The position numbers were made by a program, and so were the translations under genes. 64,000 nucleotides of DNA from Gammaproteobacteria bacterium (lineage in GTDB: Bacteria > Pseudomonadota > Gammaproteobacteria > Pseudomonadales > Pseudomonadaceae): positions 77,562 to 141,561 of the forward strand of contig JAAYFD010000047.1 of NCBI GenBank assembly GCA_012728415.1, written 5' to 3'. Positions 1-8,630 of this stretch are shown here, piece after piece. The number at the start of each line of letters is the position of its first letter. Position 1 is the first letter of the stretch. The notes beneath the pieces are model-generated. The model had not been told where the DNA came from. It saw only the letters and a program-made list of their open reading frames with translations, and searched no databases.

Positions 1-326
1 CTGTAACGATCCAGTCTAATGCGGGTTTCGCGGAGAGTTGAGGCCGCTAGGTTTCGGGACGGCAAGTACTCTTCTTCAAATCGATCAATTATGCGGCTAA
101 CTGTTTCTGCCTGTTCGCCCGTGATGGCCTCAAGCAGCTCTGTATCGGATACTAGCGGCATAAGCTTTGCGTTCGCGGCCTTGGCCAGCCTGACGGCCTC
201 CTGTCGCGTCCGGTTCACGCTTATGCGCTGACCGGTGACAGGATTCACGTACAGGAAGTATTTTCCGTTCACATAAAGGTTGGGTGGAAGGTCGCGCGCA
301 CCAGCCCCCCTTGGTCTTGCTGCCAT
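1..326 (-). CDS. int: Tyrosine integrase, N-terminal part (gene continues past the left edge)
   Basis: The reverse frame is open from the window edge to the ATG at 326-324. The translation MAARPRGAGARDLPPNLYVNGKYFLYVNPVTGQRISV resembles the arm-binding N-terminus of lambda Int (RRDLPPNLY..). It is absent from the ORF track because it has no stop inside the window. Confidence 0.8.
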   Translation of the reverse strand, partial: MAARPRGAGARDLPPNLYVNGKYFLYVNPVTGQRISVNRTRQEAVRLAKAANAKLMPLVSDTELLEAITGEQAETVSRIIDRFEEEYLPSRNLAASTLRETRIRLDRY

Positions 327-327
327 A

Positions 328-558
328 TCATCCCACCTTCAGCATTTCGCTCAACAGCGGATCATCACTGCCCAGCAGCTCGGCAGAAAGGTCCACGAAG
401 TACATGCCGTCTTTGACTTCGCCAACAATAATGCCTTGGTCGATCCATTTCTTCAGCTGCTGGACGCTGGGCTTTCTTCCCTCAAAGCGAGCGGCCCTGT
501 ATGCACTGACCTCCATCAGCCTGGGCATTTTAACCAGCTTTTCAGATATGACCTTCAT
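328..558 (-). CDS. xis: Excisionase-like small DNA-binding protein
   Basis: 76-aa ORF whose stop lies 1 nt from the int start codon. The position and the ..VKDGMYFVDL.. motif resemble phage excisionases. Confidence 0.55.
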   Translation of the reverse strand: MKVISEKLVKMPRLMEVSAYRAARFEGRKPSVQQLKKWIDQGIIVGEVKDGMYFVDLSAELLGSDDPLLSEMLKVG

Positions 559-575
559 ATCGCTCTCCTTTTATC

Positions 576-866
576 TCAAAGCGCCGCATCGCCTGCAGCG
601 CCCGTTCTTTTCTTTCGGACACAGTTCAGCGTCCCGCCGCGTTTTGCGGCAGATAGTTTTCGGTTTGTTCGTTTCACGCGCCTATTCCATTTTTCAGCTG
701 CCTCCTGCTTGCTTTGCTGCGGCGAAAATCCACCGCTGGCCGGGCAGATACCGACTCGGCAGCAGGCCACTGATGAGTACTCAAGGCCGTCATGTTCTGC
801 GCATTTAAGCACAGCTCTGCCGCCACAAAACGGGCACGGCTTCAGCTCAGGCTGCTTCGTTTGCAT
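576..866 (-). CDS. lar: Lar-family restriction alleviation protein
   Basis: N-terminus MQTKQPELKPCPFCGG..., with later C/W-N-RR features typical of the Lar family. Confidence 0.65.
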   Translation of the reverse strand: MQTKQPELKPCPFCGGRAVLKCAEHDGLEYSSVACCRVGICPASGGFSPQQSKQEAAEKWNRRVKRTNRKLSAAKRGGTLNCVRKKRTGAAGDAAL

Positions 867-872
867 CGCGGC

Positions 873-1310
873 TCACTCCCCTTGCTCCTGGGCATCCTCA
901 AATTTAACCAGCAGGCGCCGGTTGTCGTCTGTACAACCGTGCTCCCGAACCTCGTACCTGCCCGGCGGGTTCTTGCATATGCCGGTGATTATGCCCTCGG
1001 CAATTTCCGCCCCGATTTCGAGCGGTGGTTGAATGTTGTTTTCTTCAACCCATGCTTTTTCAAGCTCGAGAGCAATATGGTTAATCTTCCACCGCATCCC
1101 GCCAAACACTTCAATGTCGTCTTCGTGTAGGTCCCAGCCGTCTCGATCCAGCTCTTTTGCAATGCGGAACCCGTCGGGACCGTAGCCCACATACGCGTCC
1201 GCAATGCATTCTGCGCTGTCTTCTGGCCAGCGCAGCTCGCGTGCCGTCTCGGCGGCCACTTTCAGAATGATTGCTCGGGTTACTTTTGGCCGTGGTGGAT
1301 ATTTGTTCAT
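873..1310 (-). CDS. Hypothetical phage early protein
   Basis: 145-aa ORF, tightly packed in the leftward operon. No family recognised. Confidence 0.55.
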   Translation of the reverse strand: MNKYPPRPKVTRAIILKVAAETARELRWPEDSAECIADAYVGYGPDGFRIAKELDRDGWDLHEDDIEVFGGMRWKINHIALELEKAWVEENNIQPPLEIGAEIAEGIITGICKNPPGRYEVREHGCTDDNRRLLVKFEDAQEQGE

Positions 1311-1334
1311 TTCTTTGCCTTTGATAAGTTTTGG

Positions 1335-1793
1335 TCATGCTTCCATCATCAAAATTGCTTCCAGCAGCTGAATGTTTTCCGCCGGTACCGGGCAGTGCTC
1401 AGGCACAGTGTTGGATTGAATGTCACGAACAATCACGGTCCGGATGTTTTCCGGCAGATGCGGCCATGCTGCTGGCAGTTCGTATTTCAGGAAGGCGTAA
1501 CTAGAAATGGTCGTGCGGTACATCCAGTACCGCCATGCTCCCAATACCAGGCACGGCAGATCCATGTGCTTGAGCGCAGCGGAGTAATCCCGCAGGTGGT
1601 CTTGCTCTGCCGCCAGCGCTCGCATGCGTCGCTTGATTGCTGTCTCGACAGTTTTCTGTAGGCCGCTCAGCTCCAGCGCATCGAGGCACTGTTTCAGCGT
1701 GAAGGTTTTGACGCGCTCCTGGCGGTCGCTGGCGGTCACGGTGAAAGTGTCGTGACCGTTGTATGTTCCGGAGTAAAACGGGTTTTTGTTCAT
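1335..1793 (-). CDS. Hypothetical phage early protein
   Basis: ORF 1335..1901 trimmed to the internal ATG (MNKNPFYSG..) that follows the upstream stop at 1796. Confidence 0.55.
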   Translation of the reverse strand: MNKNPFYSGTYNGHDTFTVTASDRQERVKTFTLKQCLDALELSGLQKTVETAIKRRMRALAAEQDHLRDYSAALKHMDLPCLVLGAWRYWMYRTTISSYAFLKYELPAAWPHLPENIRTVIVRDIQSNTVPEHCPVPAENIQLLEAILMMEA

Positions 1794-1795
1794 GG

Positions 1796-2269
1796 TTATT
1801 CCTCTTTCACAAACGCCCCGCCGGGCACCATGCGGCCTTTCCTGTCCTTGATTTCCAGCCATGCCGCTTCGCAACACTCCATGAATTGCATGTCGTGCCA
1901 TTCGGCTAGCGTTCGCAGCAGGCCGATAGCCGAGTCATAACTCACGTCACGATCATCCAGTGCTTGCGCAAAAAAACCGCACAGGCTGGCTATGATCTGG
2001 TCTACCCTGCTGTATCCGTACGCAATGGCTGGCTCGTCTCTGCGAATGCTGCCCACGCTAACATTCATGTGCGAGGCATTTACAAGGCACACAGCCACGT
2101 CACCGATTGCGTCTTTGAGCGCATCACGGTCGCCTTTGATGATGGCGTCTGCCAGTTCGCCCAATTCGGACAGGGCCTTCAGTAGTTGAGCGGTGATTGT
2201 GCTGTGCTCATAAATGCCGCGGTCGGTGGCCCACTGCACTACGTTTGCTTTGAATTCAGTGAAGTTCAT
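1796..2269 (-). CDS. MazG-like nucleotide pyrophosphohydrolase
   Basis: MNFTEFKANVVQWATDRGI..LSELGELADAI..DAIGDVAVCL pattern, typical of phage MazG-like NTP-PPases. Start moved to the ATG at 2269. Confidence 0.6.
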   Translation of the reverse strand: MNFTEFKANVVQWATDRGIYEHSTITAQLLKALSELGELADAIIKGDRDALKDAIGDVAVCLVNASHMNVSVGSIRRDEPAIAYGYSRVDQIIASLCGFFAQALDDRDVSYDSAIGLLRTLAEWHDMQFMECCEAAWLEIKDRKGRMVPGGAFVKEE

Positions 2270-2391
2270 GTGATCTCCTTGCGGGCACGGCAAAGCGTCC
2301 CGCGTGTTCGAGTGGATATTTCTGGTCGATGGTCAAACCGCTGTGCAGCGCTTGCTGGCCTCTATGGCTTCACGCAGTTGCTTATTGGTTG

Positions 2392-2763
2392 TCATTTGGA
2401 ACCTCCCCAATCAGCGCCATCGCATCCATGAGCCATGCTCCATGCCTTGCGGTAAACCTTCTCGACTTGGATGTTTGCGTCCGCCAGATGCTTGGTGGTC
2501 TCAACCATTTGGGAAAGCTGTTCGACGGTGAATTCCTTGATCGTGTCCGCTTTGTGGCTCTCATAAAGCATCGTGACCGCCACCCCCGCTGTCTCGGCCA
2601 AGCAGGTGCGCAGCTTCTCGCACTCGGCTTGCAGGGCTTCGTAATCGCTGAGGCGGATCAGCGACTGACCATTTCCGTTTCGTGCGTTGAGTGAGACAAC
2701 TGGCAGCGTCGTCTTTGAGCTGGGAAAGTACCACGCTACCACCTCCGGCTTATTGGTTGTCAT
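2392..2763 (-). CDS. Hypothetical phage early protein (MTTNKP.. N-terminus)
   Basis: The ATG at 2763 overlaps the upstream stop (ATGA). No family recognised. Confidence 0.5.
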   Translation of the reverse strand: MTTNKPEVVAWYFPSSKTTLPVVSLNARNGNGQSLIRLSDYEALQAECEKLRTCLAETAGVAVTMLYESHKADTIKEFTVEQLSQMVETTKHLADANIQVEKVYRKAWSMAHGCDGADWGGSK

Positions 2764-3023
2764 GACCACGCCTCATCAATTTCATACAGCGCACTGGCGA
2801 CCTCGAACGGCCCGAACGAAAGATCCTCCAGAGACTCGGCAAGTCCTGGCTCGTCCGGCAGCATGTCATCCCAATCGCCCCGTTCACCATCCGCCTTAGC
2901 CCTTCCTCTGGAGATCATAATCTTGCGCTGCTCAGCAATTACTTGGTCGCCGGAATACACGCGCTCTGACCATCCTTGTGCGGTGATTTCGATTACTACT
3001 TTTGTTGGTTTATTGGTTGTCAT
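2760..3023 (-). CDS. Hypothetical phage early protein (MTTNKP.. N-terminus)
   Basis: ORF trimmed to the ATG at 3023. It shares its first five codons with the next gene downstream. Confidence 0.5.
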   Translation of the reverse strand: MTTNKPTKVVIEITAQGWSERVYSGDQVIAEQRKIMISRGRAKADGERGDWDDMLPDEPGLAESLEDLSFGPFEVASALYEIDEAWS

Positions 3024-3246
3024 AGCTGGGATCCTCTTTCTCCACCTCACGCATCAGGTCACGCAGCAGACCAAGCATTTTTTGAGCGCTCTCTTCGCGC
3101 ATGGGCATGGAAACGGCCACGCGCCCTCTGTGCAAATCAGCCTGCTCCTTCCTGATCGACCTCTCGGCAAATGACTTGCCCCAGCCGAAGCCGGCGGCGA
3201 ATATGACGGCAACGGCGCAGGCTATTGCGGTTGGATCGTAGCTCAT
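3010..3246 (-). CDS. Small membrane protein, hypothetical
   Basis: 78-aa ORF with a hydrophobic N-terminal helix (IACAVAVIFAAGFGW). Coupled to the upstream gene by an ATGA overlap at 3243-3246. Confidence 0.5.
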   Translation of the reverse strand: MSYDPTAIACAVAVIFAAGFGWGKSFAERSIRKEQADLHRGRVAVSMPMREESAQKMLGLLRDLMREVEKEDPSYDNQ

Positions 3247-3860
3247 GGCTGGGCTCCCTGCTTGCGGTGGGCGGCCAGGGGTGCCTCAATCGACGGCAGT
3301 GTTCCATGCGCAGGGTCTGGCGTGTCCGCGTCGGGCATCTGAATACAGCCAAGTGCGACTCCGTTTGTGATGAACTGATGCGCGGCTTCCAGCGCCTCCA
3401 CTAGTGCTGATACGTCCGGCGAATCTTGGCGGGCATCCCAGTAGCCTTGGTGATACCCGTCACCGTAACGAACGTTTCGGTCGCCCAGCATTGCGTTCAG
3501 GATGCGCTCTTGCTCATGCGTATGAAGCTCTCCATTGAACTGGATGCGAGCAACCCAGTTTCCTGTCGGTCTGCTCAGTGTGTAAAAATTCGGTTCACCA
3601 TCTGCTCGGTGTTCAAGTCCACCAAGCGGGTCATCAGGTGGTGATTGCGGCGCCGGCTTCCCCTGCACAGCAGGCGCGGCTGCGATCACGGACAGGATTG
3701 CGTCAGCCGTGATGCCTTCTGACTGACCACGGGTTGCCAACAGGCACTGGATCAGGTCGTCGCGGGACAGCACCACCCCGCTGGCCGGCTCACCCCGTAC
3801 CATTTTGCGGGCGTCAGCAATATGGTCAGGCGCGGCCGCCAAAACATTTTGATTGTTCAT
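3243..3860 (-). CDS. Hypothetical phage early protein
   Basis: 205-aa ORF immediately downstream of ssb in the same operon. Confidence 0.55.
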   Translation of the reverse strand: MNNQNVLAAAPDHIADARKMVRGEPASGVVLSRDDLIQCLLATRGQSEGITADAILSVIAAAPAVQGKPAPQSPPDDPLGGLEHRADGEPNFYTLSRPTGNWVARIQFNGELHTHEQERILNAMLGDRNVRYGDGYHQGYWDARQDSPDVSALVEALEAAHQFITNGVALGCIQMPDADTPDPAHGTLPSIEAPLAAHRKQGAQP

Positions 3861-3875
3861 AAATTCTTGCCCTCG

Positions 3876-4334
3876 TCAGAACGGGATGTCGTCGTCAAAG
3901 TTATCGAATTGTCCGCCAGCCTGTGGACGCTGCTGGCTTTGCTGCTGTGCAGGACGCGCTGCTGCCTGCTGGTCACCGCCGGCATTGTCGCCCTTGCTGT
4001 CCAGCATCTGCATAGTGCCGCCGATATCCACGATGACTTCCGTGGTGTAGCGTTTGATTCCATCCTTTTCCCATTCGCGGGTTTGCAGTCGGCCTTCGAC
4101 ATACACCTTGGAGCCTTTGCGCAAATATTGGCCGGCAATCTCGGCCAGCTTTCCGAAAAACACCACGCGGTGCCATTCGGTGCGCTCCTGCTGCTCGCCG
4201 GTTTGCTTATCTTTCCAGCTGTCGCTGGTGGCCAGGGCGATATTGCACACTGCGTTTCCGTTGGGCATGTAGCGCACTTCAGGGTCTGCGCCCAAGTTGC
4301 CAATAAGAATGCATTTATTTACTCCGCGAGCCAT
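3876..4334 (-). CDS. ssb: Single-stranded DNA-binding protein
   Basis: [46 protein letters not shown].., a Gly/Gln-rich linker and the acidic tail DDDIPF. Confidence 0.93.
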   Translation of the reverse strand: MARGVNKCILIGNLGADPEVRYMPNGNAVCNIALATSDSWKDKQTGEQQERTEWHRVVFFGKLAEIAGQYLRKGSKVYVEGRLQTREWEKDGIKRYTTEVIVDIGGTMQMLDSKGDNAGGDQQAAARPAQQQSQQRPQAGGQFDNFDDDIPF

Positions 4335-4336
4335 TT

Positions 4337-4621
4337 CTAAGCCTCCACCTGGGTATTAAAACGGTGGTGGCCATAATCGGCCAGGTCACCGTAGTCATTG
4401 CGCAACTTGTAATATGAATCACTGCCATAGTGAGTGATGCCCTGCACCTCGTACTGAGAACCGATCGACAGCTGGCCCTCAACATCGCGATTGTCAGTGC
4501 AGGTCACAATGATGGCCCGCGCCCTTCTGTATTCAGCCTGCTTTTCCACTTTCAGCCTCCATGCGCCTCCGTAAGCGCTCAAGAATCTCTCTGGTTTCCC
4601 GCCTGCACTCCTCTTCTTCAC
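4337..4621 (-). CDS. Hypothetical protein
   Basis: 94-aa ORF. Its 5' end overlaps the upstream ORF by 89 nt, so the true start may be further in. Confidence 0.4.
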   Translation of the reverse strand: MKKRSAGGKPERFLSAYGGAWRLKVEKQAEYRRARAIIVTCTDNRDVEGQLSIGSQYEVQGITHYGSDSYYKLRNDYGDLADYGHHRFNTQVEA

Positions 4622-4937
4622 GCTCAGTAACTAGCTGAGCGATCCTTTCAACCAGGGGCAGGGTCCAGCGTTTTTTGCCGTTAAATCCGACGTCGTCAGG
4701 CGCCGGCAGCAGGCCTTCGCTGCGCAGGGTGTTTAACACGCCAACCTTTATTCCGTTCCTGTGTGCAATCTGGCCCAGTGTTAGCGAGGTAACGACGGGT
4801 CGCGACGCTTTCGCTTGCCTGGCCTTGCCTTTTGCTGGCGCTGATCTGTGCGGGGGCAGTGGTTTGTACTCAAAGCTGGGCAGCTTGTGAATCTTGCCAC
4901 CCCGATTTATGAATGCCCTTACAGACTCGGTTGTCAT
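4533..4937 (-). CDS. Hypothetical protein with possible HTH
   Basis: 134-aa ORF, ATGA-coupled to the exonuclease gene. The segment LTLGQIAHRNGIKVGVLNTLRSEGLLP looks like a MerR-type HTH. Confidence 0.5.
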   Translation of the reverse strand: MTTESVRAFINRGGKIHKLPSFEYKPLPPHRSAPAKGKARQAKASRPVVTSLTLGQIAHRNGIKVGVLNTLRSEGLLPAPDDVGFNGKKRWTLPLVERIAQLVTEREEEECRRETREILERLRRRMEAESGKAG

Positions 4938-5563
4938 GCCGCCATCCTTTCGCGCATTTCCTTTTCCAGCTCGTCCAGCTCCTGCAGGAACTCGACAATG
5001 GCGCGCTCCATTTCGGTGATGCGCCGGTCATCACGCTCGAAACGGTAACAGGCGTAATCCAGCGGTGCCGGCAGGCGGTCGTCGTAGCTCACGAAGTCCA
5101 CCCACTCAAGTTCTGCGCAGGACATTTGGGCCAGCATTTGCCACTCGTATTGCGGGTCATGCTTGCCAGACTGGATTACGGCAACGTGCTGGGCGGTGTT
5201 GGGGCATTTGATCTCGATGCCGCCTTTGGCCCCGGGCAGAATGACGATGCCATCCGGCGATGCGCCAAACATCAGAATGGACGGGTGATCAATCAGCCCG
5301 ACTTCTTTCACATCATGCGGGCTGTCCATTTCGTACATGCCGCGCGCCACTGGCTCCAGCTCAAGGCCGCGCCGGATTGATGGCGTGCTGAATGATGGTG
5401 CTGTTTCGCCTGACAGCCGCTCGCAAAGCAGCTCCATCATGTAATTCTTGCGGGTAGCGGAGGGCGCACCACCGCGCCCTGTGGCCATCACATCCTTGAC
5501 TCGACTGGCAGTTACTTTGCCAATCCTGGCGGCAAACCATTCGTCAGACCCCTGGGATATCAT
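4934..5563 (-). CDS. YqaJ-type viral recombinase exonuclease
   Basis: GSDEWFAARIGKVTASRV.., ..GASPDG.., ..GIEIKCP.. motifs of the YqaJ/lambda-Exo PD-(D/E)xK family. Paired with recT. Confidence 0.85.
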   Translation of the reverse strand: MISQGSDEWFAARIGKVTASRVKDVMATGRGGAPSATRKNYMMELLCERLSGETAPSFSTPSIRRGLELEPVARGMYEMDSPHDVKEVGLIDHPSILMFGASPDGIVILPGAKGGIEIKCPNTAQHVAVIQSGKHDPQYEWQMLAQMSCAELEWVDFVSYDDRLPAPLDYACYRFERDDRRITEMERAIVEFLQELDELEKEMRERMAA

Positions 5564-6344
5564 CGTTATTCACCTCTTCGTATTCAGCATCAATGGCTTC
5601 TGCCTTGGCAGCCTGCTCGAACTCGTCCAGTGCCTTTTTGCGCTCGTTGTATGCAGCGATAAAGGCGGCTCGGTGCTGCGGGTGCTTGTCGTTTGCGGCC
5701 TTTCCAGCTGCCTTCAGCTCTTCAACTGATTGCGCGTTCGCGATGGTTTCCAGCTCTGGTGAAATATCCACTGTGCTTTGTGCTGCCGGACCAGCAGCGT
5801 CCAGCGTCACGCCCTGCATGCGGTCCGCCTCGTCTGGATCAACAATGCCTGATAGGCCGAATGCGTAACGTGCGGCTTGAATGGTCGCCTTGTGACGTAA
5901 CATGCGCACCGGCCACTTCCTCCACGGCTCGCTTGAGCCTTTGCACTCGGCCAGATATTCGGTTACTTCTGTGGCGCGGCCGCGGTCTTTGCGATAAATC
6001 CGGCAGGTAATGGCCTGCAGTTTTCCGTCATCATCTTTATGGTCTTCAAACTCCATACCATCAAACTGCGGGTGCGAGTTGATGATTTTCAGCCAGCCAT
6101 CCACTGACACAATCGGTTGAATTGCACCGCGATTGTTGAATGCGTAGATTTCTTTGCTCAGCGGGTTGAGCTTGTACTCGTTGGCGATGGACATAAAAAC
6201 CATCAGTTCGTCATCGGATACCTGGCCATTGTTTTTCGCTTTCATCAGCGTGTTGACCATCAGGTTTTTTACGGCAACCGGGTCCATGGATAGGCGGCCA
6301 GCCATTACGTCAAAGGGTTTTGCTGTTGCGACTTGTGTGCTCAT
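5544..6344 (-). CDS. recT: RecT-family single-strand annealing protein
   Basis: ..YKLNPLSKEIYAF..IVSVDGW..MLRHKATIQAARYAFG.. The track start at 6359 is a TTG. The ATG at 6344 (MSTQV) has a GAGGA SD 8 nt upstream. Confidence 0.85.
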   Translation of the reverse strand: MSTQVATAKPFDVMAGRLSMDPVAVKNLMVNTLMKAKNNGQVSDDELMVFMSIANEYKLNPLSKEIYAFNNRGAIQPIVSVDGWLKIINSHPQFDGMEFEDHKDDDGKLQAITCRIYRKDRGRATEVTEYLAECKGSSEPWRKWPVRMLRHKATIQAARYAFGLSGIVDPDEADRMQGVTLDAAGPAAQSTVDISPELETIANAQSVEELKAAGKAANDKHPQHRAAFIAAYNERKKALDEFEQAAKAEAIDAEYEEVNNDDIPGV

Positions 6345-6355
6345 TGTTCTGATCC

Positions 6356-7369
6356 TCAATAATTGATTGTTACGTTCGGCACCTGGCCCTTAACGATTGC
6401 CCGAATAACTTCCCGCGCCTGCTCGTCAGACAGTGATCCGGCCTGCTGTATGGCTTCCATGGCGGCGCGATTGATGTTGCCCTGATGCTCGCGGTCGGCT
6501 TCACGCGCTGCCTTCTCTGCATCTGCTTTTGCCTGTTCAGCAGCAATGCGGTCACGCTCTGCCTGGGCTGCGGCTTCTGCCTGCTGCTTTGCCCTGGCTT
6601 GCGCCTCAATGCGGTCAAGCTCAGCTTGTTTTTCTGCTGCGATTCTGCGCTGCTCGGCCAGCTCCTTTTCAGCTTGTGCCTTGGCCAGGGCTTCGGCCTG
6701 TTCTTGTCTGGCTTTCTCGGCAGCTTCGCGAGCAATGCGTTCCTCACGCTCTTTCTGCTCGCGTTCAGCGGCCTCTTGGCGCAGCCGTTCCAGCTCTGCC
6801 TGCTCAGCTTCCCGCTGCTCGGTAACTGCAAGCAGCTCACGCAGGCCCGTCAGTGCCTTATCTTTGGCTCGGGCTGCCTCAGCTTCGTACTCTTGCCATG
6901 ACTCACCCAGCTCGACTGCCTCAACTTCGGCCATGCGCTGCTTGATGATTTCGGACGGCGCGTGTTCCAGCTGGTCATCCCAGTTATTCAGCCAGTCGAT
7001 TTTCTGCTCATGAGCCCGCTTGCGTGACTTTTCGACTGCCTCCCACTCATTCAGCGGGGCGCGCACTTCGTCACGCAAAGCATCCATGGCGGTAACGAAC
7101 TCGCGTAATTCGGCTTCAACAACCTTGGGCATTTCCTTCAGCTTGCGTAGATAGTCACGCCCTGGCTTTTCGACTGCTGATTTGCTGCGAGAAATTGAGT
7201 ACGCAAGGCTGGCAATCCGGTCGCGGCCTTTCTTTGTGCTCAGGTCCGGCACTTCGCCGGCCACTTCCTCACGAACCCGGTCAATAAACTTTTGCAGGCC
7301 ACCTGCAACGTAAATGGTTGGTGCGTTTTCTTCGGTGATGCTGTCCAGCTCAATCAGTTCGGTGCTCAT
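6356..7369 (-). CDS. Hypothetical protein with long E/A/Q/R-rich coiled coil, upstream of recT
   Basis: The start ATG at 7369 overlaps the upstream stop (ATGA). The low-complexity AEQA/KAE-type region explains the many spurious antisense ORFs at 6485-7013. Confidence 0.6.
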   Translation of the reverse strand: MSTELIELDSITEENAPTIYVAGGLQKFIDRVREEVAGEVPDLSTKKGRDRIASLAYSISRSKSAVEKPGRDYLRKLKEMPKVVEAELREFVTAMDALRDEVRAPLNEWEAVEKSRKRAHEQKIDWLNNWDDQLEHAPSEIIKQRMAEVEAVELGESWQEYEAEAARAKDKALTGLRELLAVTEQREAEQAELERLRQEAAEREQKEREERIAREAAEKARQEQAEALAKAQAEKELAEQRRIAAEKQAELDRIEAQARAKQQAEAAAQAERDRIAAEQAKADAEKAAREADREHQGNINRAAMEAIQQAGSLSDEQAREVIRAIVKGQVPNVTINY

Positions 7370-7596
7370 GCTTCGGCTTCCTCTTCTTCCGGCCACTGCT
7401 GGGCCGCCGATATGATTGCATTGGCGATTTCCAGTGCCTTGCTTTTGTCGTTTATGTACAGCATGACGCCGGATGCTCCGCCAGCACCCAGGGTCATGTA
7501 TCTGCGGCCTTCCAGATCATTCATTCCGGCTTTGATCTCGTGCTGACGCCAGATGTGCACGTTCACTGATGCGTGTATCGGCATGCTCATTTGCAA
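7366..7596 (-). CDS. Hypothetical protein
   Basis: 76-aa ORF, translationally coupled on both sides. Confidence 0.5.
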   Translation of the reverse strand: MQMSMPIHASVNVHIWRQHEIKAGMNDLEGRRYMTLGAGGASGVMLYINDKSKALEIANAIISAAQQWPEEEEAEA

Positions 7597-7808
7597 TTCC
7601 TCTTCTCAAAATCCGGCCAGCCCCTGCGCTGCGCTGGCTCCACATTCAGCGCCGCATCTGCTTTCCACAGCGCTACCATTTCGCAGTACTCGCGGTGTGC
7701 GTTTTCTGCATCTTGCACGTCAGCCGTTGAAACCATGGCCCAGCCGAATATTGCGCTGGCGATTACTGCCAATGCGAAAAATCCCTGCTTATCCTGTGTA
7801 TGCATATC
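7587..7808 (-). CDS. Small membrane protein, hypothetical
   Basis: ORF trimmed to MHTQDKQGFFALAVIASAIFGWAMV.. (one TM helix). Confidence 0.42.
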   Translation of the reverse strand, partial: DMHTQDKQGFFALAVIASAIFGWAMVSTADVQDAENAHREYCEMVALWKADAALNVEPAQRRGWPDFEKRNCK

Positions 7809-8064
7809 TTTCCTCTGCGCGTTCGATTGCCGTTTCAGTCCGGCTTTCCTGCTGGCCATGCTCTATCGCTGCCAGCAGGCGCTCTTCGATTTCATTTGCG
7901 ATGCCGAACTCGTCAATTACGGCATCGACCAGATCATCTTTGGCGTGCCACTCGATATACGGTGGCTCTGCTGGCTCGCCCCACGTCGCGAGACTGCCAG
8001 GTAAATAGTCTGTAATGCTGAAAACGACAGGTTTGCCGCCCAGCTTTAAAGTGATTTCGGTCAT
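7789..8064 (-). CDS. Hypothetical protein
   Basis: 91-aa acidic ORF starting 15 nt after the T-tract of the terminator at 8079-8109. Confidence 0.55.
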   Translation of the reverse strand: MTEITLKLGGKPVVFSITDYLPGSLATWGEPAEPPYIEWHAKDDLVDAVIDEFGIANEIEERLLAAIEHGQQESRTETAIERAEERYAYTG

Positions 8065-8078
8065 ATTTCACCCACGAC

Positions 8079-8109
8079 AAAAAAGACCGGCGGCCTGGCT
8101 GCTGCCGGT
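8079..8109 (-). terminator. Intrinsic terminator within the early-left transcription unit (tL-like)
   Basis: The reverse strand reads ACCGGCAGC-AGCCAG-GCCGCCGGT followed by CTTTTTT. Confidence 0.7.
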
Positions 8110-8630
8110 GTGTGATGGAAAAGGGTAGGGTGGCCGTCTGTGGCCAGTGATGGCAGCGCCGGGGAGTGGTACAAGCTCGTGCCGCTGGATAAACATCGAA
8201 AAGCCTGCTGCCGCACAGTCGCCAGACCGGATTCTAGGGTTAGAAAATTCCGGCAACAGGCTTTTCAATGCCCACCAGATTGCGCACTGGTGGGGCTGCG
8301 GATGCGCCGCGCCGTATCGACACGACTCAAGATCATGCGGCGGCATCGAAGTACGCCCTGAGCCACTCCAAGCCCCTTGATTTGCTTAAAAAGCCCAAGG
8401 CGCACTTCGATGGCCAGCAGGTTACCCACTGCTGGCGCTGGGTCGCTGCTCTGTCGCCGCCGGCGCAACTACCGGCCTATGCAGGCTGGTAAGCCCTGTG
8501 GCTGGCCGATTACTCTTAATGGCTCACGGTTTAGCCGGGTGTGATACCGGCAGTCCGAATAAAGGAGTTCGGCCCTAATGAGTCATGTGCTCCATGCTGC
8601 GATCGGTTGGCGCTGCCGTTGCCATGCTGT
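8110..8630 (-). other. ORF-poor, hairpin-rich segment (candidate ncRNA or antitermination/terminator module)
   Basis: No convincing ORF in any frame. Contains a 10-bp long-range inverted repeat (GAAAAGCCTG 8198-8207 / CAGGCTTTTC 8257-8266) and hairpins at 8271-8294 and 8414-8435. Confidence 0.3.

Noticed and set aside
6485-7013. Cluster of plus-strand ORFs (6485-6901, 6529-6825, 6546-7013) and an alternate minus frame (6370-6840)
   Set aside because: They are artefacts of the low-complexity GC-rich repeat encoding the A/E/Q/R coiled coil of the 6356-7369 gene. Their translations are L/C/S/A- or R/P/K-rich nonsense.
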